From IMG/VR virus record IMGVR_UViG_3300037840_000255: a stretch of 64,000 bases of DNA; one strand, given 5' to 3'. The stretch comes from an uncultured virus (IMG/VR IMGVR_UViG_3300037840_000255) (taxonomy: Duplodnaviria > Heunggongvirae > Uroviricota > Caudoviricetes). The position numbers and the translations under genes were made by a program. This document shows positions 8,451 to 18,380 of the stretch, piece after piece (position 1 is the stretch's first letter; the number at the start of each line of letters is the position of its first letter). The notes under the pieces were generated by a model, which worked only from the letters and a program-made list of their open reading frames with translations, ran no database searches and was not told the origin of the DNA.

Positions 8451-9365
8451 TTAATCGACCGTCGCGGCGGCGCGCCCGGCCTGGGACTCCGTCCCGATTC
8501 TCGGTCCCTGGCCGTTTGTCAGGAAGCCCACCGACGGGGGGCCAAACGTGGTGCGGGTCCAACCACTGAATGAGCAGATGTGGTTGGTCAACTCTCTCTG
8601 GTGGCGACCCCACGCGCGACGGAACTGATCGCACGCCCGCCACGGAGCTTTGCGCACGACGTGGCCGGCCTCCAGCGTCATGGGGACGCCGCAGAGGATG
8701 ATCTTGTCGAAGCCGACCTCGAGCGCGACCTTGATCGCGAACAGGCCGGAGCTACCGCCCCAGTCCGGCGTGTCGCGGTTGGCCACCTTGTGGCGACGGT
8801 GCGCCCACACGATGCCTGGAGGATCGAGGCCGCGCGCCGCCCTGGCGTCGCGCCACTCCCTGTCATACTTGTCCGGGTGAAGCGTCACGGCGTGGTCGAT
8901 GCGGTCGGGAAACAGCGAGATCGAGTCGTTGGTCACGAACGTCACCGGGTCGACTAGGGCCTCCTCGCACAGCTCCTTAGCCTGTCGCCATTCGTCGAAC
9001 ACGTCCTCGGCGCCGCCGATGACCACGGCGACCTGGTTAGGCGACGGCCTGACAACGGGAAGCTGCGGCGCGTTTCCGGGGATGGGGGCGGCCCGACGGG
9101 AAGTCGACGGCCTGGTCCTGATCTCGCGACGAGGTGGTGGCGCGGGCGGCGGAGCGATGACTGACTGCTGCTGAAAGCCGCCGTCCCCGGTCGTCGCCAG
9201 CTTAAGATGGTGCTGCCTCGACTGGATCATCCGCACCGTGGTCTCGCCTAGCGCGACGTTGAGGATCGTCTGCCCCGGCATGACCTTGATCATCCGCTGC
9301 GATCCTTGGATGCCGTCGTAGAAGATGCGAGTTGTTTTTGTCGGATTGTGGATGTCGTAGTTCAC
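8451..9365 (-). CDS. capsid-linked domain + Pro linker + Maf/sialyltransferase-like domain
   Basis: N-terminal YDIHNPTKTTR domain; VAVVIGGA, VTND, GSSGLFAIKVALEVGFDKIILCGV. Confidence 0.65.
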   Translation of the reverse strand: MNYDIHNPTKTTRIFYDGIQGSQRMIKVMPGQTILNVALGETTVRMIQSRQHHLKLATTGDGGFQQQSVIAPPPAPPPRREIRTRPSTSRRAAPIPGNAPQLPVVRPSPNQVAVVIGGAEDVFDEWRQAKELCEEALVDPVTFVTNDSISLFPDRIDHAVTLHPDKYDREWRDARAARGLDPPGIVWAHRRHKVANRDTPDWGGSSGLFAIKVALEVGFDKIILCGVPMTLEAGHVVRKAPWRACDQFRRAWGRHQRELTNHICSFSGWTRTTFGPPSVGFLTNGQGPRIGTESQAGRAAATVD

Positions 9366-10237
9366 GCCATCGCCCTTTCCCCAACGTCAACGTACTGCTC
9401 AAACGCCGCCATGATCGACTTGTAGTTATCTGTTTGCCAGACGATCTGCTGGTGCGGCGCGCTCTCGTCGAGTTGTGAGCCAACCGGCAAACCGCAGCCG
9501 GCGAGGAAAGACGGATTGGTCAGCGGCGCGCCGTCGGAGATCATCTTGAAGATCATGGCCGGCGCATCCAGCGCCAGCGCGAACCACGCCGGGCCGTTGT
9601 TGACGAACATGTTGCACGTGGCAGAGAGGTAGAGGCGGGCGCGAACATCTAGGACGTGAGACGCGATAAAATTTACCGGCTCGAAATCAAGACTAGGCTC
9701 GCATGCCATCTTGGTGTCTCGCACGAACACCATGTCGTAACCCTTGCGGATCAATTCTCTCTTGACGGCCAGCCACTCTGATATGTTGCTGTTTCGCATC
9801 GGCCAGTGCTCGGCCTCGCGAAGCGTGATGGTGACGAGCCTGGGATGGATCGGCGGCTCCGGCGGCGCTATGCGGAGCGGCCTGATGCCGTCGCGAAGGC
9901 ACTCCACCATGACCCGCGTCCCGTAGAGGCGCTGTCGCCATCCGATGCTGCCGGGAGCGCCTACGCTCGGTCGCGCTCCCAGGACCTCGACGCTGGCGCG
10001 CGGCAGCATCCTGGCCATCGGCACCGCGACGGCGTCCAGCATCTTCTGCCTGGCCTCGCGCCCGTGCGGCCAAAAGCTGTCGCGGCGAAAGCCGTCGGCG
10101 GAGCCGGGGATGATCTTGACGTCGATCCTGTCGGCGCCGCGACGCCGACGCTCTCTCTCGAAGGCCATTAGCCCCGCGACGATGTCGTAGGTCGGCGGGC
10201 AGACTTCGAGGTCCCAGTAGGCGGTGAAGCTGGTCAC
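9362..10237 (-). CDS. putative GT-B fold glycosyltransferase
   Basis: ITLRE..RNSNISEW..RARLYLSATCNMFVNNGPAW resembles a GT9-like C-terminal domain. Confidence 0.5.
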   Translation of the reverse strand: MTSFTAYWDLEVCPPTYDIVAGLMAFERERRRRGADRIDVKIIPGSADGFRRDSFWPHGREARQKMLDAVAVPMARMLPRASVEVLGARPSVGAPGSIGWRQRLYGTRVMVECLRDGIRPLRIAPPEPPIHPRLVTITLREAEHWPMRNSNISEWLAVKRELIRKGYDMVFVRDTKMACEPSLDFEPVNFIASHVLDVRARLYLSATCNMFVNNGPAWFALALDAPAMIFKMISDGAPLTNPSFLAGCGLPVGSQLDESAPHQQIVWQTDNYKSIMAAFEQYVDVGERAMA

Positions 10238-10458
10238 GCGGCTTCTTTCACGGCTTCTCGCGCGGCTCGTTCCAGCTCGTAAGGATCAGTGCCGTTCTGC
10301 ATGTAGGTTCTCAGTTGATCCTCAACGTTACGACGCACCACATCATCTGGGACACAGCCCATAATCGGACCCTGCCAAAGACCGCGAGGCCAGATCAAAA
10401 GTTGAATGGCGACTCTCATGCGCTGTATATCGCCAACAGAATACTTATGCTCGGTCAT
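10234..10458 (-). CDS. hypothetical protein
   Basis: GGAG RBS, 74 aa, coupled to the next gene. Confidence 0.65.
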   Translation of the reverse strand: MTEHKYSVGDIQRMRVAIQLLIWPRGLWQGPIMGCVPDDVVRRNVEDQLRTYMQNGTDPYELERAAREAVKEAA

Positions 10459-10476
10459 GATTGTTCTCCCGTTATG

Positions 10477-11934
10477 TTATCTCAAGGCATCGATGATCTG
10501 CTGCGCCACGGGGTGGTTCTTGGTTGGATTGCCGAGGACCTTGAATCGCTGGCGAAAGTTTCGCTTGTGGGCCGGCGACGTACGCCGCCGCGCCCACGTC
10601 AGCACCGAGTTGAAGTCCAGCTTGCCGTGGTGGTGGTCCTTGTAGGCGTAGCTCATCTCGCAGAAACAGCACTGCCGGTCGTTGAGGAACGCCACCTCGC
10701 CGTCCTGATAGTTCTGGAGCACATCATCGTCGATGGTGCCTCTGAACTTGAAGTCGCGGTCCTTCTTGATGAACATCGGCGTGAGATGGAAGCAGTGCAT
10801 GGTGACGTCGTCGCCGTCCTCGAAGAACAGCACCGACGGCGATCCGGAGTCGCCCTTGCCCCACAGGAACATGTTCGTGATGGGATGGCGATGTGACCAG
10901 ATGTATTGGGTCAGGGTCTCCGCGTCGGCACCTATCGGCGGGTCGTTGTTGTCCGCCACGGTGCGGATGCCCACCGATATGGCAACACGCTTATCGTGGG
11001 GCTCCAGGGCCTTCCCCACCACGTCGAATGTTTCACGTGAAACAACGATGTCGGCGTTGAGCAGGACGATGATCTCTCCCGGCTTGGCGATGTTCATGGC
11101 GTCGGCGTGGGCCTGCATGAACGCGGCCCAGTATTCCTTGGGCAACGGGTCCTTCTTGCCGTGGTAGTTCGGCAGGCTGACCTGGGGATACTCGACGTTC
11201 CAGCCGCTCAGCAGGGCGCCTATGCGCTCCCGGTCGTCGGTCCAGACGTTGAAGGTGACGCGGTCTGGCCCAATCCCGGCCGCCCCCAGCGACGCCAGCA
11301 CCGAGGGGATGACGTACTTCACGGTCAGGTCGACATATTCGGGACGCCACGACGGGATGGCAATGGACCACCTGAACTGGTCCCTGGTCACGTTGGCGGG
11401 GAGGTCGAAGCGACGGGTGACGCCCTGGCGCTGCGGCACCACCGACGGCCTGGCCTGGGGCTGAGGCATCCTGGCCTGTCGCGGCGGCGGTATGGTCCTC
11501 GGCGGCCTCGTAGAGAGTAGGGGCGGCGCGATGATGGTGGATTGCTGATCCGACGCGACGCCGTCGGCAGATGCCGGCGTCAGCTTGAGGTGCTCAACGC
11601 GCGACTGGATCATCTTGACGACGAGGTCGCCGAGAAAGACGTTCCGCAGGGTCTGGCCGGGATCGACCCGGATCATCCTGTTGGAGTTCGGCACGCCGTC
11701 GTGGACGATGCGGGTGGTCTTGGTCGGGTTGTGGATGTCGTACAGCATCGCGACGTTCTTCTCCGATGTGACTATGATCAAGTCGTCGAGATATTCTATC
11801 AGTCTTCGCGCGCCGTCTTGGCTCAGCGGCACCTCGGCGATGGTTTCACCGGACTCGATCCTGACCGGCTTGTTCCTGGCGTCGCTGATGACCCGCGTCG
11901 CGGCGGTCGGGTTGTGGACGTCATAGAGGAGCAT
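10477..11934 (-). CDS. two capsid-linked domains + Pro linker + GT-A-like glycosyltransferase
   Basis: two YD(V/I)HNPT repeats; SIAIPSW, NVWTDD, IIVLLNADIVV (DxD-like). Confidence 0.62.
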   Translation of the reverse strand: MLLYDVHNPTAATRVISDARNKPVRIESGETIAEVPLSQDGARRLIEYLDDLIIVTSEKNVAMLYDIHNPTKTTRIVHDGVPNSNRMIRVDPGQTLRNVFLGDLVVKMIQSRVEHLKLTPASADGVASDQQSTIIAPPLLSTRPPRTIPPPRQARMPQPQARPSVVPQRQGVTRRFDLPANVTRDQFRWSIAIPSWRPEYVDLTVKYVIPSVLASLGAAGIGPDRVTFNVWTDDRERIGALLSGWNVEYPQVSLPNYHGKKDPLPKEYWAAFMQAHADAMNIAKPGEIIVLLNADIVVSRETFDVVGKALEPHDKRVAISVGIRTVADNNDPPIGADAETLTQYIWSHRHPITNMFLWGKGDSGSPSVLFFEDGDDVTMHCFHLTPMFIKKDRDFKFRGTIDDDVLQNYQDGEVAFLNDRQCCFCEMSYAYKDHHHGKLDFNSVLTWARRRTSPAHKRNFRQRFKVLGNPTKNHPVAQQIIDALR

Positions 11935-12127
11935 CTACGCCGCGTCTCTTGTCCACGACGCTCGTGACCACGGTCTTGCTCTCGGTCGGCGGCAAGATGT
12001 GCTTGCTCCTCTGCATCAGGCCGATCCGCCGCATGAACTCGGCCTGGGCCTGGCGCATCGCCTCGCACAGCTTGCACGGAGTCTTCGGCTCTTCGTTATG
12101 TCGTCCAGGTCTGATGATGTTGAGCAT
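11921..12127 (-). CDS. small hypothetical protein with CxxC
   Basis: 68 aa, fills the gap in operon orientation. Confidence 0.55.
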   Translation of the reverse strand: MLNIIRPGRHNEEPKTPCKLCEAMRQAQAEFMRRIGLMQRSKHILPPTESKTVVTSVVDKRRGVDAPL

Positions 12128-12129
12128 GA

Positions 12130-13242
12130 TTACATTGGCCCCGCTCTGCCGATCTCCACCAAATTTGTGCCGTCGCCCCTGAACGTCACGGTCCAGTACA
12201 CGGCGTTGGAAGTGCCGGTGGACAGAATGGCTGTTGCCCTGAAGTTGGTGGAGAAGTCTATGTTGTAGTTCGTGGTCCCAACGGTGATGAACTCGAAGGT
12301 AACGATCATGCCTGCAGGCGCGTGGGCGGCGTTGATGATCATGTCCCCCGTCGGGGAAACTTGAAACATTGGACCTTCCGTCGAGGGGTCCACACTGACG
12401 GAGCCAGTAGTAGCCGGCGTATTGATCGTGCCGCCAAGATTGATCCAGTCAGTACCATTCCAGTACAGATTGTCACCCGGCGTGACGTGCGAGACCAGAA
12501 CGTCGGTCAAATCCTCAAGCGGGAAGTGGATTGCACTCGGAGAAATCCAATCCACGACGGCCGAGCCGCCCGGACTTCCCGGATCGACGAGGGCGAGGAT
12601 TTGCCCGACCGTGCCGCCGAGTGGAAACACCGTCGCCCACTCCGCTATCGCCGCGCCGTTCGGGCTTCCCTTGTCGACCAGCTTGAGATAATCGCCGATG
12701 TCGCCGCCGCTCGGAAGTATGTACTCCCACGCCGTGGTCGGCGTGGTCAGTCCACCTGGAATGGTGACGACGAGAGCCTGACCAACTTCGCCGCCTATCG
12801 GGGAATAGGATGGAGGCGCCGCCAACAGCAAGCCGTAGTAATTGTGCCCCATCCCGTCGTTGGCGTTGGGGTTGAACGTCGCCGCCGACGTGTGCTGGAA
12901 CTGAACGATGTAGGTGGCGCCGCCGGACGTGATGATGTCGAGCGGGTAATAAACGGTGAACGGCTGCCACGCGCCGCGATAGGTCCACACCGCCACCGGC
13001 AGAGGATACGGCCCCAGCGTCATGTGGTCAGTCAAGTGAACGTAGAAACTGTCGCCGACGACGCTGAAGTAATCGATGCCCGCGACGATGGTGCTCTGCA
13101 CCGACAGGATGAGCTGCCACAGGAACCAAAAATTGCTGTCGATTTGAAAGGCGTTGAGGTCCGATCCCTGACCCGCGCCCCACGGCGCGCTCGGCGGCAC
13201 ACCGCCAAGGTATGGAGGCCCCCTGAAATTGATGTCGCTCAT
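12130..13242 (-). CDS. tail fibre/adsorption protein
   Basis: GAWQPFTVYYPLDIITSGGATY carbohydrate-binding-like module; three P-x-GG-x2-G[QD]-x-L repeats. Confidence 0.7.
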   Translation of the reverse strand: MSDINFRGPPYLGGVPPSAPWGAGQGSDLNAFQIDSNFWFLWQLILSVQSTIVAGIDYFSVVGDSFYVHLTDHMTLGPYPLPVAVWTYRGAWQPFTVYYPLDIITSGGATYIVQFQHTSAATFNPNANDGMGHNYYGLLLAAPPSYSPIGGEVGQALVVTIPGGLTTPTTAWEYILPSGGDIGDYLKLVDKGSPNGAAIAEWATVFPLGGTVGQILALVDPGSPGGSAVVDWISPSAIHFPLEDLTDVLVSHVTPGDNLYWNGTDWINLGGTINTPATTGSVSVDPSTEGPMFQVSPTGDMIINAAHAPAGMIVTFEFITVGTTNYNIDFSTNFRATAILSTGTSNAVYWTVTFRGDGTNLVEIGRAGPM

Positions 13243-13254
13243 TTACCCCTCTTT

Positions 13255-15144
13255 TTATTTTGCAGTTGCCTGACCGGCGATCAAAAAGATTGCGCTGCCA
13301 TCAGGGAGTCGCGTGTCGGTGTTTTTTGTGATGTCCACAATCAGCCAATTCTCACTCTTGAATGAATCAGACGTTGGACCACCATTGCAAACTGCGATGA
13401 AGGAAGAACTAAAAGATTCGTCAGTGACTACGAATACACCTTGCGAGACGGCGCAATTCGTAGCGTTTATCATTCCGCCGCCGAGCGTCGCCGTAATCTG
13501 AGAGCCATCCGGCGCCGTGACGGTAACAGTATTGCTGATTCCGTTGAAAGGATTTGTGCTCCCGTTGCAAATTACCGTCGTTTGATTGCCGCCGGCATCC
13601 GTGTAAACCAACGCCGCATTGATTCCGCCATACGGATTCTTAGACAACCCACCCACGGCCGGCTCGAAAAACACTCCGCCGGAAAATGTCCACCACGCCA
13701 TTACGCCACTACCGCCAGCGCCTCCGGTCGTACCGTAAATAGGCTGCGGAAAAGTAATTGGATCGATTCCGGGAGCATTCGCCAATATCTCGAAGCCGGC
13801 CCCCGGCGGAGCCCAATACGCCGACAAAGCCCCACCCAAAGCCGGGTCGGCAAAGTCTGAAGCAGGGTCCGTCGTCGGTGTGTAGTATATGAATGTCGTC
13901 CAAGACAGTCCGTCTGGCGAAATTAAAAATACGGAATTCGGTACGACTATATCGAGATGATCAGTACCGGTCGAGGTAACCGCCCCACAGTAAAAGGCTT
14001 GTGCCTGGGGCGAGTAAACCACCTCATCGACCACAAGGGTGTTATACGTGGCCGTCCATTTTTTTCCATCCGTTGATGTTAATAGCTTTGCGCCACTGCT
14101 GGAATTGGGAAAAGGAGTTCCACTGATAACAAACGTTCCGGCTCCCGATAGAGGATGATTGGGATCGGTGTTTATTGGAGAAACAAGACCGATGATGTTG
14201 TTGAGCCCAAAGTTTCCTAAATTTTCCCAATTCACTCCGCCCTTTGAGTAGAGCACATGTTCATTGCCCTGTGGATCAATCGCGACGGCAACGAATATGC
14301 CAGGAATGCTGACCTTAACGATCTGCCACAGCAGTCCCTGGTTGATCATCACGTTGCCGGTGATGAAGCCTCCAGAGTCGGGGTTGAACGCCACGTAGAT
14401 GTCGGGATCGCCGGGGGGCACCGGAACCGGATTGCCCTGCTGATCGAAGCGATTGCCGGGGGGGATTTGATTTCCAGAAGGGTCAGTGTCGTAGACCGTC
14501 GAGTCGATAACTCCTCCATTGGCGATGGTGGCTCCCAAGTCCAGCACGTAGTTCTCGGCGTCGCCGTTCCTGGCGTAGAACGAGAACGCCACCGGCTGAT
14601 AGACCGTAAGGTAATTCTGCGTCGCGTTGGGGTTGATGCCGGTCTGGTATTGAGTGTTGGGCGGATTGCTGCTGCCGTCGTCGACCCTGGTGAGAATGCC
14701 GCCTCGCGAACCGCTGCCGCCGGTGACCACAGTGTCGTTCGGCGCGACGTAAGTGAGATTGTTCGGGTTGGAAACGATGGCCGTCTCAACCACCGTCGGC
14801 ATCAACAAGACGTACTCGTCTCCGTTCCTCTCGTAGAACGAGACGCCGTCCAGCACCTCGATGTAGAAGCTGTTGCCGGAATTATCCTGGCCGTTCGGCC
14901 CGTCGTCCTGGCCCTGTACCAACGTCATGTGCGAGACCCGAGTGGGATTCGCACCCGTCACGCCGTTGTTGCCTGCAGTCTGATCTACGATCGTCGGGCT
15001 GGCGTTCTTGGCCGGGCTGAGAAGGACCTGTTCGTCGCCGTTGCTCTTGGTGAACGAGATGGCGTCGATCACCCGAACGTCGATGAATAATTCCGGGTTG
15101 TTCGGGCTCCTGCACCTGACGTAGTGAATGAAGATCGACGCCAT
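13255..15144 (-). CDS. tail tip/receptor-binding protein
   Basis: three SF-x3-NGD repeats N-terminally; S-x-DG-x2-W Asp-box-like motifs C-terminally; position after the tail hub. Confidence 0.65.
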   Translation of the reverse strand: MASIFIHYVRCRSPNNPELFIDVRVIDAISFTKSNGDEQVLLSPAKNASPTIVDQTAGNNGVTGANPTRVSHMTLVQGQDDGPNGQDNSGNSFYIEVLDGVSFYERNGDEYVLLMPTVVETAIVSNPNNLTYVAPNDTVVTGGSGSRGGILTRVDDGSSNPPNTQYQTGINPNATQNYLTVYQPVAFSFYARNGDAENYVLDLGATIANGGVIDSTVYDTDPSGNQIPPGNRFDQQGNPVPVPPGDPDIYVAFNPDSGGFITGNVMINQGLLWQIVKVSIPGIFVAVAIDPQGNEHVLYSKGGVNWENLGNFGLNNIIGLVSPINTDPNHPLSGAGTFVISGTPFPNSSSGAKLLTSTDGKKWTATYNTLVVDEVVYSPQAQAFYCGAVTSTGTDHLDIVVPNSVFLISPDGLSWTTFIYYTPTTDPASDFADPALGGALSAYWAPPGAGFEILANAPGIDPITFPQPIYGTTGGAGGSGVMAWWTFSGGVFFEPAVGGLSKNPYGGINAALVYTDAGGNQTTVICNGSTNPFNGISNTVTVTAPDGSQITATLGGGMINATNCAVSQGVFVVTDESFSSSFIAVCNGGPTSDSFKSENWLIVDITKNTDTRLPDGSAIFLIAGQATAK

Positions 15145-15366
15145 TTAGGTCGATCCGAGGAACCCGGTATCAGCCTCCTGACTGACGTTGCCGATATACT
15201 GGGTCAGCGTCTGCGTGTAGCTGAAGGCCACCGTCTTGGCGACGCCCTGTACGGTGATGATCAGGTTGACGTCCGGCGCGCTGGCCGAACCGGGGAGACC
15301 GAAGCGAGTCGGCGACACGCTGCGGTCGGTGAACGGCCGAATGATGCCTTCCATGCCCTGGGCCAA
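15145..15366 (-). CDS. small tail protein
   Basis: GGAG RBS; 'MEGIIRPF' 73 aa in the tail module. Confidence 0.65.
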   Translation of the reverse strand: MAQGMEGIIRPFTDRSVSPTRFGLPGSASAPDVNLIITVQGVAKTVAFSYTQTLTQYIGNVSQEADTGFLGST

Positions 15367-15375
15367 GTTACTCTC

Positions 15376-17916
15376 CTACGCGAGCGGCGGCGCCGCCAGG
15401 TTGATGCCCATGTCGATTTGCAGTTGAGACGTCGAGATGCCGTAGGCGCCGAAGAACGGACCGTTCTGGACGTTGGGCAGGTAGATCGAGATGGTCGTGG
15501 CGTTCTCGGCGATGTAGGCCTGGATCGCCTCGATGTTGTCGGCGATGGCCGCCTCCTCGTAGTCGAGCATGGTGGCGCCGGCGCCGAGGAGAATAGCCGG
15601 AATGGTCAGCGTGTATGGCGGGATGCCTCCGCCGATGGTGCCGATGTTGACGGTGCCGGGAAAGCCCCTGACCGGAACGCGCCCGTCGTCGTATGGAGGA
15701 TAGGCGGATGGCGGCGTGTAGGTGATGTCCTGGCCCTCGGTCGGGCTATACGACACGCCGAAGAACTGCTGATAGCCGGACTGCGCGTAGCCGTCGAGCG
15801 CGTAGCACTCCATCCCCGGCTCGGGGCTGACGTGGCCGCCGTAGCCGACCGCAACGCCGATCTCGACGTGGCCCATCAGCTTGCCGGTGTCGTCCGCCTC
15901 CATGCTGTAGGAGATGATCTTGCCGGTGGCGTTGCCGCCGGGGAGCCGCGGATCGAAGATAGTCGCCGACATGCGGCAGCTCAGGCCGGTGACGTAATCG
16001 ATGGGACAATCGAACACCACGGTCACGGTCCTGGCGCGCTTGCGCATCAGCGCCCTGGCCTTGGCAATGCCGAACTCGATGCTCCACCGGCCGCGGTCGC
16101 TGGGGAAGTAGTTATTGGCCAACACCTGGGTCGGCGTGCCGCCGATTGGGATGCCGAGCATGGCAGGCGTCGGGGACAGTACCCACCACATCAACCCCTC
16201 GTTCTGAGGTGGCGGGAATGGGCCGTGGAAGTCTCCGTAGGGCGACGGCCCCAAGATGACGCCGGGATCGAGCGTGGCGCACACCTTGACCGGCGGCCTG
16301 CCCTGACCGGCCACCAGCACCGGGCCATCGCACGTCACGCAGGTCGGCGTCCCCGGCGACGTGCCGGGCGCCACCGCCATGAGGTAGAGCGCGGCGCCCG
16401 ACGGCTCGTACTGGCAGGCATCGGTGTTCAGCTCCAACGGCTCCCAGATCACGATCTCGCCGAGGGAGAAGAACGTCCCGGCCGACCACTGCGGGATGCT
16501 GGTCAGCGGCGCCGGGCCGGCGCTCACCCAGATGACGTGACCGTCGTAGGTCAGCGTGCCGGCGATATCGCTGAACACCGGCGCCACGGTGCCGGCGCGC
16601 CCCGGGCCAACGCATATCTGATAGCTCAGGCCGCCGGCCTGGGTCGGGTCGTTGTTGAAGATGATCTGTCCTAGACCGACTTCCTGGCCGGAGAAGTCCG
16701 ACCACGCGTCGACGATGATCAGCGGCTCGCCGACGTCGGCGCCGTCCAGCGTGATCACCTTGGTGTCCTGCTGCACCGTCGGCATGTTCAGGACCGGCTG
16801 CGTGTTGGCGAAGATGCTGATCACGGCGGTCTCGGAGAAGTCACGCTGGGCCTGGGCGCGAAGCGTCGCATAGCACGTCAGCGACCAGATCGGGATGATG
16901 GTGCCGACGATCTTGACCACGCCGGGCACCAGGATTGGCGGCTGGACGACGCGCGGCACGTTGATCAGGCTCGGCAGCGGCTTTCGCGGATTACAGATCG
17001 CGGCCTGCGCGGCCTCGGCCGAGAACACGTATCCCGGCGGGTTCGGCACCGGGAACGACATGTTGGTAGACCACGACTGAATGTCGCAATCCTGCTTCTT
17101 AGTGTTGAGGTTCTGGTAATTGTACGAGGAGCTGACGGTCCTGATGGCATCGATCCAGATTGGCTGGGCGACGTAGCTGTAGTCGCAGGCCCAGCCGCCG
17201 CCCATCGACTGGCCCGGCTTGAGCCACGACCCGGCGATGGTGCCGCCGGTGATCGACGACACGCTGGTCGACGGCATCTGGATGCCAGTGAATAGGCCGC
17301 GCTGGGTCCACTTGGTCCGCATCTGGACCTGGACGCTGGTCAGCGGCGACTCACCGACAGTGTAGTTGAAGTTCTTGTAGAGCGCCTGGTTCTCCTCGAA
17401 GACGACGATGCCGTCCTCGCCTTCCAGGATGTCGCTGGCCGTGGTCTGGAGCGTGACCCGGTCGACGTGCCACAGCGAACTCCAACCCTCCAAGATGGCG
17501 TCGGGATCGTCCCTGGAACGAATATCGAGGAACACCGGGTCCCAGTATGGCCTCACCCGCATGGTCTCGGCGACGGCCTGCTTGTCGGTAAGGTAGGTCG
17601 GCGATCTGGCGATGAACTTCAGCTTGATCAGCTCATCGTTCAGCCCGCTCGGTATGCCCACCAACATGCCAAAGAACAGCGGCTCGGCGCCGGAGCCGTT
17701 CGGCAGGTCGCGCGAGAACCACGCCCATATCTTGCGGTGAGGATCGAGGAAGCCTACGCGCGGGTTGAGGATGGTGATCTCCAGCGTCGCGACCTGGCCT
17801 TCCTCGTGCAATATCTTGAACGCCAGGATGTTCTCGTCCATCACGAGCATCTCGTGACCGAAGACGTTCTGATCCTGATCGACCCACGCGAAGTAGAACT
17901 TCTGGGCGAACGCCAC
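15376..17916 (-). CDS. large minor tail (hub) protein
   Basis: 846 aa beta-rich protein two genes after the tape measure. Confidence 0.7.
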   Translation of the reverse strand: MAFAQKFYFAWVDQDQNVFGHEMLVMDENILAFKILHEEGQVATLEITILNPRVGFLDPHRKIWAWFSRDLPNGSGAEPLFFGMLVGIPSGLNDELIKLKFIARSPTYLTDKQAVAETMRVRPYWDPVFLDIRSRDDPDAILEGWSSLWHVDRVTLQTTASDILEGEDGIVVFEENQALYKNFNYTVGESPLTSVQVQMRTKWTQRGLFTGIQMPSTSVSSITGGTIAGSWLKPGQSMGGGWACDYSYVAQPIWIDAIRTVSSSYNYQNLNTKKQDCDIQSWSTNMSFPVPNPPGYVFSAEAAQAAICNPRKPLPSLINVPRVVQPPILVPGVVKIVGTIIPIWSLTCYATLRAQAQRDFSETAVISIFANTQPVLNMPTVQQDTKVITLDGADVGEPLIIVDAWSDFSGQEVGLGQIIFNNDPTQAGGLSYQICVGPGRAGTVAPVFSDIAGTLTYDGHVIWVSAGPAPLTSIPQWSAGTFFSLGEIVIWEPLELNTDACQYEPSGAALYLMAVAPGTSPGTPTCVTCDGPVLVAGQGRPPVKVCATLDPGVILGPSPYGDFHGPFPPPQNEGLMWWVLSPTPAMLGIPIGGTPTQVLANNYFPSDRGRWSIEFGIAKARALMRKRARTVTVVFDCPIDYVTGLSCRMSATIFDPRLPGGNATGKIISYSMEADDTGKLMGHVEIGVAVGYGGHVSPEPGMECYALDGYAQSGYQQFFGVSYSPTEGQDITYTPPSAYPPYDDGRVPVRGFPGTVNIGTIGGGIPPYTLTIPAILLGAGATMLDYEEAAIADNIEAIQAYIAENATTISIYLPNVQNGPFFGAYGISTSQLQIDMGINLAAPPLA

Positions 17917-17918
17917 GA

Positions 17919-18377
17919 CTATATTTCCTCAAGCGTCATAGTCCAGGAAATCGTCGTATTCCACTCGTCGAGGTCGAGAGTGATGTCGCGAACCAGCATG
18001 GTCAGTTCCGGCCGGTAGAAGACGAAGTGACCGTTGATGTACTCGGAGCCGTGGACGACAGGACGCGCCGGCGAACCGGGGTTGCCGACGAGGTAGCAGA
18101 GACGCGCGGCGCATCCGACAACGACCTCCATCCCCGGCCACACGTTGTCGGTCGGCGGCGCGTTGACGTCGGAGCACGTTATCTTGGAGGCGTACTTGCG
18201 AAACTGGGGGTTGGACACGTCGATGAGGAGGCCGTCGATGGTCCGCGCCAATTGCGAAGCCTCACGGATGATCTCCAGCGTCTGATGGAGCCCGCGCGCT
18301 TGGTACAGCATCTCGCCGAAGCCGGAGATGGTCAGCAGCGTATCGGCTCCGGGCGGCAACTGGTTCTCGAACGGCAC
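17919..18377 (-). CDS. distal tail protein
   Basis: directly after the tape measure; ends ISWTMTLEEI. Confidence 0.7.
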   Translation of the reverse strand: MPFENQLPPGADTLLTISGFGEMLYQARGLHQTLEIIREASQLARTIDGLLIDVSNPQFRKYASKITCSDVNAPPTDNVWPGMEVVVGCAARLCYLVGNPGSPARPVVHGSEYINGHFVFYRPELTMLVRDITLDLDEWNTTISWTMTLEEI

Positions 18378-18380
18378 GGG

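Noticed and set aside
12130..15144. Diversity-generating retroelement targeting fibre genes
   Set aside because: No reverse transcriptase and no template/variable repeat pair differing at adenines was seen
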